Part shown: positions 1 to 9,748 of the stretch, piece after piece
How positions within the stretch are numbered: the first letter of the stretch is position 1
How the letters are laid out: the number at the start of each line of letters is the position of its first letter
Source: an uncultured delta proteobacterium
GTDB taxonomy: Bacteria; Myxococcota; Myxococcia; Myxococcales; Anaeromyxobacteraceae
DNA: 64,000 nucleotides
Direction: 5' to 3'
Assembly (NCBI GenBank): GCA_963828255.1
Contig: CAWHDZ010000027.1
Coordinates: 96,001-160,000, forward strand
The notes under the pieces: model-generated
The model's database searches: none
Seen by the model: the letters and a program-made list of their open reading frames with translations, nothing else
What the model was told of the DNA's origin: nothing
Made by a program: the position numbers and the translations under genes

Positions 1-15
1 TGTTTCGTCCGGTGG

Positions 16-92
16 TCCGTCGGGTGCCCTCCCCGACGGATCGTCAGCGGAGATGGGACCGGACCCCCTCCCCCAGGTCCCTCTCCGCTGAC
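16..92. other. Two adjacent strong inverted repeats (9-bp stem 16-40; 17-bp stem with one bulge 43-92) downstream of the cytochrome c3 gene
   Basis: tccgtcggg(16-24)/cccgacgga(32-40); gtcagcggaga-t-gggacc(43-60)/ggtccc-tctccgctgac(76-92). Confidence 0.5.
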
Positions 93-112
93 CTTCTTCC
101 CCACCCCCGCCA

Positions 113-601
113 TCAGCCGCCCGACGGCTTCGCGTCGTACCGGCCGTGGATGGCGTCGGGCTTGAGCCCGGCGGGATGGCAGACCTTGCAGGTCCCCAGG
201 TTCAGGGTCTCGGCCGGGATCTTGACGTGGCATCCGCGACACTGGTCGTGAAACAGGACGGTGCGGAGGTCGATGGCGCCGTCCGGCTTCAGTCCGGCCA
301 GCGACCGCGCCGGCTTCCCGCCGACCTCCTTCTCCGGCTGCCCGAGCGGCACGTGGCACAGGGTGCAACGCATGTCGGGAAGGGGCTCACCCGGCTCCTC
401 GGCGGCCAGGGTGTGGTGGCAGTCCTTGCAGCGGATCTGGCTGCCGTCCGGGCGCTTGTACTTGCTGGCGTGGTCGGCGTGGGTGAACCGCACCGGTCCG
501 AGCTTGCCGGGGATGTGGGAGAGGACCATCACCTCCTTGCCCGCCGGGACCTGCGCCGAGAGTGCAATCGCGACCAGGGGGGCGAGGGCGGTGATGGCCA
601 T
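113..601 (-). CDS. Tetraheme cytochrome c3-family periplasmic protein
   Basis: Signal peptide MAITALAPLVAIALSA; four CxxCH motifs (CKDCH, CTLCH, CRGCH, CKVCH); c3-type VxFxHxxH (VRFTHADH). Start re-called at ATG 601. Confidence 0.85.
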   Translation of the reverse strand: MAITALAPLVAIALSAQVPAGKEVMVLSHIPGKLGPVRFTHADHASKYKRPDGSQIRCKDCHHTLAAEEPGEPLPDMRCTLCHVPLGQPEKEVGGKPARSLAGLKPDGAIDLRTVLFHDQCRGCHVKIPAETLNLGTCKVCHPAGLKPDAIHGRYDAKPSGG

Positions 602-654
602 TTCATTGCTGTAGCGGGGCGGAGGCCCGCTGTCCCTGGTATCTTCGCGCCCGC

Positions 655-2448
<1,794 letters not shown>

Positions 2449-3687
2449 GTGACCGCCATGAACCACCCGAGCTACCGGGCCATCGCCCACGCCATCCGCC
2501 GGCGCTCCACCTGGAGCAACGGCGAGCCGATGCCCTTCCCCGACCAGGGGGCGGAGCTCTTCTTCCTGGCCGCGCGCTCCCGCCACGGCCATCACCTGCT
2601 CGGCCACGGCGGCTACCGCTGCGCGCTGCACGGCCTCGACTTTCCCGGCGAGCCCATCGGCGACGCTCCGGCCGACTGCGACATCGCCGAGAACCTGGAC
2701 TACCGCTACCCCCTGCTCCGCGCGCAGGGCGCCGGGCGCGGCGAGCGGTCCCGTCACCTGGTCGTCGTCCTGCACGGCCTGAACGAGCGGAGCTTCACCA
2801 AGTACATCCCCTGGGCCTACCAGCTCTGGCGCTCCACCGGCGCCGCGGTGGCCCTCTACCCCCTCTCCTTCCACGTGAACCGGGTGCTGCCCCGCTGGGG
2901 CGGGGAGATCGAGGGGCACCTGGCCCGACGCCGCGCCGTGCCCCGCAACGAGGACGTCCACCCCTTCAACTGCGTGATCAGCGAGCGGCTCGACGCCTAC
3001 CCGGAGCGGTTCTTCTGGGGTGGGCTCCAGTCCTACGGCGACGTCCTCGACCTGGTGCGGGAGGTGCGCGAGGGGCGCCACCCCCACGTCCACCCCGAGG
3101 CCCGGGTGGATCTGCTGGGGTACTCGATCGGCGGCTACCTGGCGCTGGGGCTCCTGCTCATCGACGAGGGAGGGCTCTTCCGGGACAGCCGCGCGGTGAT
3201 CTTCGAGAGCGGGGCGGCGCTGCGGGCCACCAACATGTCCTCCCGCTTCATCATCGACCACGCCTGCGAGGTGTCGCTGATGAAGCTCTACGTCCGCTTC
3301 ACCGGGCGTCTCGCCAACACGCGGCTCACCCACTGGTTGCGCGACCACGAGCTGGGGCGCTGGTTCCGCGCGCTCTGCGGGGACGAGACCGAGCGCCCGC
3401 GGCTGGAGGCGCGGCTCCGCGAGCTCTCGCCCCGGCTGCTCGCCATCGGGAACCGCGGCGACGAGGTCATCCCCGCCCCGGCCATGCTGAACACGCTGCA
3501 GGGGCTCCACCGCGACACCGGCGTGCGGGTGGAGCAGCTCGCGCTGGGCGTCCACGAGCACCCGTTCCTCTGCCCGGACTACACGCAGCGGGACCGGCGC
3601 TTCGTCACCGAGTTCCTCGATCTTCCCCGCTACGGCGAGGGGTTCGAGCGCTTCGTCGCGCTCGCGTCGGGACTTCTCGCACCGTGA
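2449..3687 (+). CDS. Alpha/beta-hydrolase fold protein (DUF6051-like)
   Basis: LHGLNE oxyanion region, FHVNR, GYSIG nucleophile elbow, C-terminal HEHPF; abuts the acyl-CoA dehydrogenase stop. Confidence 0.7.
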   Translation: MTAMNHPSYRAIAHAIRRRSTWSNGEPMPFPDQGAELFFLAARSRHGHHLLGHGGYRCALHGLDFPGEPIGDAPADCDIAENLDYRYPLLRAQGAGRGERSRHLVVVLHGLNERSFTKYIPWAYQLWRSTGAAVALYPLSFHVNRVLPRWGGEIEGHLARRRAVPRNEDVHPFNCVISERLDAYPERFFWGGLQSYGDVLDLVREVREGRHPHVHPEARVDLLGYSIGGYLALGLLLIDEGGLFRDSRAVIFESGAALRATNMSSRFIIDHACEVSLMKLYVRFTGRLANTRLTHWLRDHELGRWFRALCGDETERPRLEARLRELSPRLLAIGNRGDEVIPAPAMLNTLQGLHRDTGVRVEQLALGVHEHPFLCPDYTQRDRRFVTEFLDLPRYGEGFERFVALASGLLAP

Positions 3688-3750
3688 AACGCAAGGACGG
3701 GGAGCCGCCTGCGCGACCCCCCGCCCGGATGAAGGCGCCTTCGGCCAGGC

Positions 3751-4884
3751 CTACTTGCCGGCCGGGACCTTTCCGTCCACGCCCTGCACGTAGAAGCCCA
3801 TCTCGCCCTTCCACTTGTCGTCGCCGACCACCCCGGCGGCGAGCACTTCCTTGCCGGTGTTGTCCTTGATGGGGCCTCGGAAGACCGCGCCGGGGTTCGC
3901 GATCAGGAAGGCCCTGGCCTCCTCGACCTTGGCCCGGGCGGCCGCCGGCACCGAGTCGGGCACCTTGACGAGCTCGGTGAGCCCCTCCTTGGTTCCCCAC
4001 TTGGTGTTCTCGACCTTCCAGGTCTTCTCCAGCACGTCGTTCACGGCCTTGAGGTAGTAGGGGGCCCAGATGATGGCGCCGGAGCCCAGGTGGGCCTTGG
4101 GCGCGAAGGCGCTCATGTCCGAGTCCCAGCCGAAGGCGAACTTGCCGTTCTTCTCGGCGGTCTGCAGGACGGCGGTCGAGTCGGTGTTCTGCAGGAGAAC
4201 GTCGGCGCCCTGGTTGATGAGCGACTGCGCCGCCTCGGCCTCCTTGGGGGGGTCGACCCAGGTGCTGATCCAGACCACCTTGGTCTTGACCTTGGGATTC
4301 GTGCTCCGTGCACCGAGGGTGAAGGCGTTGATGTTGCGGAGCACCTCGGGGATGGGAAACGAGCCCACGAAGCCGATGACGTTGCTCTTGGTCACCATGC
4401 CGGCCAGCACGCCGGACAGGTAGGCGTTCTCGTAGAAGCGCCCCTCGTAGTTGCGCAGGTTGGGCGCGGTCTTGTAGCCGGTGGCGTGCTCGAAGAGGAC
4501 CTCGGGGTGGTCCTTGGCCACCTTCTCCATCGAGTCGCCGAAGCCGAACGAGGTGGCGAAGATGAGCTTGTTGCCCTCGGCCACCAGGTCGCGGATGACG
4601 CGCTCGGCGTCCGGCCCCTCCTTGACGCTCTCGATGAAGGTGGTCTTCACCCTGTCACCGAACTTCGCCTCCACGGCCTTGCGCCCCAGGTCGTGGGCGA
4701 AGGTCCAGCCGGCGTCGGCCACCGGGCCCACGTAGATGAAGCCGATCTTGAGGGGCTCGGGCTTCGCGGCCGGGGCCGGGGCGGGGGCGGCGGCCTTGGG
4801 GGGCTCGCTCTTGGCGCAGCCGGCGAGGCCCGCGGCCAGGACGACCGCGAGGGTGAGGCTCTGCATCCAGGTACGACCGTGCAT
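3751..4884 (-). CDS. BMP-family ABC transporter substrate-binding lipoprotein (purine nucleoside type)
   Basis: Lipobox LAGC; IGFIYVGPVADAGW, FATSFG and NINAF motifs. Confidence 0.92.
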   Translation of the reverse strand: MHGRTWMQSLTLAVVLAAGLAGCAKSEPPKAAAPAPAPAAKPEPLKIGFIYVGPVADAGWTFAHDLGRKAVEAKFGDRVKTTFIESVKEGPDAERVIRDLVAEGNKLIFATSFGFGDSMEKVAKDHPEVLFEHATGYKTAPNLRNYEGRFYENAYLSGVLAGMVTKSNVIGFVGSFPIPEVLRNINAFTLGARSTNPKVKTKVVWISTWVDPPKEAEAAQSLINQGADVLLQNTDSTAVLQTAEKNGKFAFGWDSDMSAFAPKAHLGSGAIIWAPYYLKAVNDVLEKTWKVENTKWGTKEGLTELVKVPDSVPAAARAKVEEARAFLIANPGAVFRGPIKDNTGKEVLAAGVVGDDKWKGEMGFYVQGVDGKVPAGK

Positions 4885-4915
4885 CGGTGATCTCCTTGCT
4901 GGTTGTGGTTCGGCT

Positions 4916-5836
4916 TCAGGAACCGGGGTGGAAGGTCTTGCCCAGGGAGGCGGGCATGTTGAGCCGGATCCAGAGCGGATCGCGGGAGATGACGACGAGG
5001 ACCACGACGGTGGAGAGGTAGGGGAGCATGCTCATGAACTGGAGCGGGACCTGGACCCCCATGCCCTGCAGGTGCAGCTGGAGCATGGTCACGCCGCCGA
5101 AGAGATAGGCGCCGAGGAGCACGCGCGCCGGGCGCCAGGTGGCGAAGACGGTGAGCGCCAGCGCGATCCAGCCCCGGCCGGCGATCATGCCCTCCACCCA
5201 CATGGGGGCGTAGACGATGGAGAGGTAGGCTCCCGAGACGCCGCAGAGCGCCCCGCCGGCCAGCACCGCGGCCATGCGGATCTGCCGCACCGGATAGCCG
5301 AGCGCGTGGGCCGAGTCGGGCGACTCCCCCACCGAGCGCAGCACCAGGCCTGCGCGGGTCCGGTAGAAGAACCAGGCCATGGCCGCCATGAGCGCGATGG
5401 CCAGGTAGACGAGCGGGTGCTGGCGGAAGAGGGCCGGACCGAGGAAGGGCAGGTCGCGAAGCCCGGGGATCCCGGCGACCGCCGATCGCTCCAGGTTCTT
5501 CCCCACGTAGCCCGAGCCCACGAAGGCGGAGAAGCCTGCGCCGAACAGGGAGAGGGCCAGCCCCGTGGCGTACTGGTTCGTGTAGAGCCAGAGGGAGAGC
5601 CACCCGAAGATCGAGGCCGCCGCAGCGCCTGCCGCCGCACCCGCCGCGAAGCCCACCCACTCGTTGCCGGAGAGGAAGGCCGCCGCGAATCCGGTGACCG
5701 CGGCGATGGCCATCATCCCCTCGGCCCCCAGGTTCACCACCCCGGCCCGCTCGTTCACGAGCAGTCCCAGCCCGGCCAGCGCGAGCGGCGTGCCGGCGGC
5801 CAGCGTGGCGGCCAGGAGGAGCGCGACCTCGTTCAC
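4916..5836 (-). CDS. Nucleoside ABC transporter permease
   Basis: ERAGVVNLGAEG and GRGWIALA motifs; GTG start overlaps the upstream TGA. Confidence 0.9.
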   Translation of the reverse strand: MNEVALLLAATLAAGTPLALAGLGLLVNERAGVVNLGAEGMMAIAAVTGFAAAFLSGNEWVGFAAGAAAGAAAASIFGWLSLWLYTNQYATGLALSLFGAGFSAFVGSGYVGKNLERSAVAGIPGLRDLPFLGPALFRQHPLVYLAIALMAAMAWFFYRTRAGLVLRSVGESPDSAHALGYPVRQIRMAAVLAGGALCGVSGAYLSIVYAPMWVEGMIAGRGWIALALTVFATWRPARVLLGAYLFGGVTMLQLHLQGMGVQVPLQFMSMLPYLSTVVVLVVISRDPLWIRLNMPASLGKTFHPGS

Positions 5837-6903
5837 CTTCGCCCCCATCGCGGCCGGTACTGGATGAGGGTGTCGCAGGCCAGCAGCGAGAGCAGGAGCA
5901 CGCCCTGGAAGACCCCGGTGATGGCCGAGGGCAGCCCGAGCCGCGACTGGGCCAGCTCCCCGCCGATGGAGAAGGTGGCGAGGACCAGCGCGGCCAGCAC
6001 GGCGCCCAGCGGGTCGAGACGCCCCACGAAGGCCACGATGATGGCGGCGAAGCCGTATCCCTGCGAGACGTGCGGGGTGAGCTGCCCCATGGGCCCCGCC
6101 ACCTCCAGCGCACCGGCCACGCCGGCCAGCGCGCCGGAGACGAGGAACGTGGTCCAGAGGGCCTGGCGGGAGGAGAAGCCGGCGTAGCGGGCCGCCGCCG
6201 GGGCCGGCCCGCCCACGAGCAGCTGCATCCCCCGGTAGGTGCGGTGGACGAAGATCCACATGCCCACCGCGGCGAGCAGGGCCAGCAGGAACCCCCAGTG
6301 AAGCCGCATGCCCGGGACCAGGCGGGGCACGGCGGTCTCCGCGGCGAAGCCCATGGTCTGCGGGAAGTTGAAGCCCTTCGGGTCCTTCCAGGGACCGAAC
6401 ACCAGCCAGGAGAGGAAGAGGTCGGCCACGTAGACCAGCATGAGGCTGACCAGGATCTCGTTGGCGTTGAATCGGTCCCGGAGGAAGGCGGCGATGCCCG
6501 CCCAGATCATCCCGCCCAGCGCGCCGGCCAGGACGAGCAGCGGGAAGAAGGCCCAGCGGTTCACCGGGATCTGGTTGGCGGTGACCACGAGGGCGAGCCC
6601 GCCCCCCAGGATGCCGCCCACCAGGAACTGCCCCTCGGCGCCGATGTTCCAGACGTTGGCCCGGAAGGCGAGCCCCAGCCCGACCGCGCAGAGGATGAGC
6701 GGCGTGGCCTTGAGCCCCAGCTCGGTCAGCGCGCGCGTGCCGCTCCAGGGCTTGACCAGGAAGACCTCGAGCCCGCGCACCGGGTCCTTCCCGAGGAGGG
6801 CGAAGAGGATCGCCGCCACGACCACGGTGATGGCGATGGCCACCACCGGCGAGAGGACGCTCCATGTCCGGGACGGGGCCGGCCGGGCCTCGAGCCGGAT
6901 CAC
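5833..6903 (-). CDS. Nucleoside ABC transporter permease
   Basis: WNIGAEGQ, NEILVSLM and GYGFAAIIVAFVG motifs; GTG start at 6903. Confidence 0.9.
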   Translation of the reverse strand: MIRLEARPAPSRTWSVLSPVVAIAITVVVAAILFALLGKDPVRGLEVFLVKPWSGTRALTELGLKATPLILCAVGLGLAFRANVWNIGAEGQFLVGGILGGGLALVVTANQIPVNRWAFFPLLVLAGALGGMIWAGIAAFLRDRFNANEILVSLMLVYVADLFLSWLVFGPWKDPKGFNFPQTMGFAAETAVPRLVPGMRLHWGFLLALLAAVGMWIFVHRTYRGMQLLVGGPAPAAARYAGFSSRQALWTTFLVSGALAGVAGALEVAGPMGQLTPHVSQGYGFAAIIVAFVGRLDPLGAVLAALVLATFSIGGELAQSRLGLPSAITGVFQGVLLLSLLACDTLIQYRPRWGRR

Positions 6904-8426
6904 GCGGCCCCCTCGGCCGCGCCCTGGTTGCCGGGCCACAGCCCGCTCATCCACTCGCCGACGAGCTCGACCGTGGCCTGGGGGGTGTCGATGGAGGGGG
7001 AGAGCCTTCCGCGCGCGATGACGTGGAGCCGGTCGGAGATCTCGAAGAGCTCCTCCAGCTCCTCCGAGACCACCAGCACGGCGCACCCGGCGTCGCGCAG
7101 CGCGATGAGCTCGGCCCGGATCTGCGCCGAGGCGCCGACGTCGACGCCCCAGGTGGGCTGCGCCACCACCAGCACCTTGGGGACGGCGTCGATCTCGCGA
7201 CCCACGATGTACTTCTGGAGGTTGCCGCCGGAGAGGCTCTTGGCCACCTGGCCGGGCCCCGACGCCTTGACGGCGAAGCGCCCGATGATCCCGCGGGTCT
7301 GCTGGCCCAGGAAGCGGCGGTCGATCCAGCCGGCCGCCCCGACCGCCTCCCTGCGGGTGAGGAGCATGTTGTTCGCCAGCGAGAATGCCGGCACGGCGCC
7401 GCGCCCGAGCCGCTCCTCGGGCACGAAGTGCAGCCCGAGCTTGCGCCGCGCCGCCGGCCCCTTGCGCCCGATGGACGTCCCGAAGAGCCGCACCATCCCG
7501 GCCTGGGCGCGGGGGTCCTCCCCGGAGAGGGTGGCGAGCAGCTCCTGCTGGCCGTTGCCGGAGATCCCGGCGACCCCCACGATCTCCCCCTCGCGCACCT
7601 CGAGCGAGACGCGGTCGAGGGGGACGCTGTAGCGGTCCCAGCGCTCGAGCGAGAGTTCGTTCACCGTGAGTGCAACAGCGCCGGGGCGGGGCGGGCGGTG
7701 CACCAGCACCGGCGGCTCGGCCCCGATCATCATCCGGGAGAGGCTGCCGGTGGTCTCGCGCGAGGGGTCGCAGGTCCCCACCACGCGCCCCCCGCGGAGC
7801 ACCGTGCAGGCGGTGCAGAGGGCGCGGATCTCGTCGAGCTTGTGGCTGATGTAGAGGATGGAGCATCCCGTGGCGGCGAGCCTGCGGAGGGTGACGAAGA
7901 GCTTTCCCACCGCCTGCGGGGTGAGCACCGAGGTGGGCTCGTCGAGGATGAGGAGCCGGGGCTCGGCGAGGAGCGCCCGCACGATCTCCACCCGCTGCCG
8001 CTCCCCCACCGAGAGCACGTGGACGGGCTTTCCCGGATCGAGGTCGAGCCCGTACTCGGCCGCCTTGGCCTGGATGCCGCGGGTCACCTCGTCGAGCGAG
8101 ACCTTGCCATCCATGCCCAGCCAGACGTTCTCGGCGACGGAGAGCGAGTCGAACAGGGAGAAGTGCTGGAACACCATGGCGATGCCCAGCGCACGGGCCT
8201 CGTGGGGGTTCCGGACGGAGACCGGCCGGCCGTCCCAGGTGATCTCCCCCTCGTCGGGGCGCAGGGCGCCGTAGACGATCTTCACCAGGGTGGACTTGCC
8301 GGCCCCGTTCTCCCCGAGGACCGCGTGGATCTCCCCCGGCTGCACGGAGAGCGCCACGTCGTCGTTGGCGACGAGCGCGCCGAAGCGCTTCGTCACGTGG
8401 GCGAGCTGCAGGCGGGGGGGTGTCAC
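6900..8426 (-). CDS. Nucleoside/sugar ABC transporter ATP-binding protein (tandem ABC domains)
   Basis: Walker A GENGAGKS, LSVGERQ, LSGGNLQK, degenerate second domain. Confidence 0.93.
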   Translation of the reverse strand: MTPPRLQLAHVTKRFGALVANDDVALSVQPGEIHAVLGENGAGKSTLVKIVYGALRPDEGEITWDGRPVSVRNPHEARALGIAMVFQHFSLFDSLSVAENVWLGMDGKVSLDEVTRGIQAKAAEYGLDLDPGKPVHVLSVGERQRVEIVRALLAEPRLLILDEPTSVLTPQAVGKLFVTLRRLAATGCSILYISHKLDEIRALCTACTVLRGGRVVGTCDPSRETTGSLSRMMIGAEPPVLVHRPPRPGAVALTVNELSLERWDRYSVPLDRVSLEVREGEIVGVAGISGNGQQELLATLSGEDPRAQAGMVRLFGTSIGRKGPAARRKLGLHFVPEERLGRGAVPAFSLANNMLLTRREAVGAAGWIDRRFLGQQTRGIIGRFAVKASGPGQVAKSLSGGNLQKYIVGREIDAVPKVLVVAQPTWGVDVGASAQIRAELIALRDAGCAVLVVSEELEELFEISDRLHVIARGRLSPSIDTPQATVELVGEWMSGLWPGNQGAAEGAA

Positions 8427-8442
8427 GAACGGTCCGGCCCGG

Positions 8443-8952
8443 TCACTTGCCGCTGCGCTGCGCCTTGATGGGGGAGACGAACCGGTAGTCGATGTCCCAG
8501 GGGAAGTAGATCCACTTCTCCTGCTTGAACTCCTTCACGAAGGTGTCCACCACCGGGCGCCCCATGGGCTTCGCGTAGAGGCAGGCGAAGTGGGCCCTGG
8601 GCAGCCGCTCCCGCACCGCCCGGGCCGTTCCGCCGGTGTCCACCAGGTCGTCGATGAGGAGCCAGCCCTCGCCGTCTCCCTCGACGGTCTTGAGCCACTT
8701 GAGCTTCCCCTGGGTCTTGGCCTCGACGCCGGGATCGGTGGTGCCGTAGCTGACCACGCAGACCGTGTCGACGAGCCGGATGTCGAGCTCGCGGGCCACC
8801 AGCGCCGCCGGCACGAGGCCGCCGCGCGCGATGGCGATGATGCCCTTCCACTCGCCCATGTCGTGCAGCACCTGCGAGAGGTAGCGCGCGTCGCGGTGCA
8901 GCTCGACCCACGAGATGATGATCTCGTCCTTGTACGGATTCGACTCGGGCAT
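8443..8952 (-). CDS. gpt: Xanthine-guanine phosphoribosyltransferase
   Basis: ARGGLVP, PRPP loop LIDDLVDTGGT, WIYFPWD; heads a purine ABC operon. Confidence 0.9.
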   Translation of the reverse strand: MPESNPYKDEIIISWVELHRDARYLSQVLHDMGEWKGIIAIARGGLVPAALVARELDIRLVDTVCVVSYGTTDPGVEAKTQGKLKWLKTVEGDGEGWLLIDDLVDTGGTARAVRERLPRAHFACLYAKPMGRPVVDTFVKEFKQEKWIYFPWDIDYRFVSPIKAQRSGK

Positions 8953-9010
8953 CCCGCCTTGTAGATCGCCGGGCTGACGCTTTCCAGGCCCGAGTGAACG
9001 GGGATGCGCC

Positions 9011-9607
9011 CTAGCCGACCATCGCCAGCGACGGCCCCATCTGGTCGCGCACCGTGGGGCGGCGCATCACGGCCCGCTCCCACCGCGCCAGCCGCGCCAG
9101 GCCGAGCGGGGTGGGGCGCCAGTCGAGCGGCAGCTTGGCCATGAAGGAGGCCAGCGCCAGGTCGGCGACGGAGAGCTCGCCGAGCAGGAACCCTTCCTCC
9201 GGGACCTCGGCGTCGAGCTCGGCCATGGCCTGCCGGGTGGCGGCCAGCGCCTGGACCCGCTCCTCGGGGGTGCCGCGGGCGATCTTCGCCAGGTGGGGCG
9301 CGAAGAGGGCATCCACGCGCTCGTAGGCCTTCACGACGGCCTCCCGGCCCGGCCGGGCCGGGAAGAGCGGCGGGTACGGCCATCGCCTGCAGAGGTGCTC
9401 GAGGATCGCGAGCGACCCGACCACCACGTCGTCGCCGTCCACCAGCACCGGGACGGCACCCTTTGGATTGAGCCCCAGCAGGTCGGGCGGCTTCGACCCG
9501 GGGTCGAGCTGGCGGGAACGGTAGGGCACTCCCTTCTCGGCAAGCGCTCCCCGCACGCGCATGCAATAGGGACACGCCCAGGCGTGCCAGAGTTCCATCA
9601 TCTTCAT
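9011..9607 (-). CDS. Glutathione S-transferase family protein
   Basis: N-terminal CPYC, LNPKGAVPVL, SLAILEHL, C-terminal SVADL. Confidence 0.85.
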   Translation of the reverse strand: MKMMELWHAWACPYCMRVRGALAEKGVPYRSRQLDPGSKPPDLLGLNPKGAVPVLVDGDDVVVGSLAILEHLCRRWPYPPLFPARPGREAVVKAYERVDALFAPHLAKIARGTPEERVQALAATRQAMAELDAEVPEEGFLLGELSVADLALASFMAKLPLDWRPTPLGLARLARWERAVMRRPTVRDQMGPSLAMVG

Positions 9608-9748
9608 CTCTCCCGGTGGCGCCGTACCCGTCTCCCACGGGTTAGCGGCCTGTTTCGATGGACCGGGGTCAAGCGTAATTGGGACATCGACCCTTGTCCA
9701 GGGGACAGGGCCCGCCCCAGTGGGGGCGTCCGGTGGTGCGTTTCGGAC

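Noticed and set aside
16..92. Cyclic di-GMP/GEMM riboswitch near a cytochrome gene
   Set aside because: The two-hairpin layout is similar, but the conserved GCAAA/GAAA tetraloop and receptor sequences are absent on both strands.
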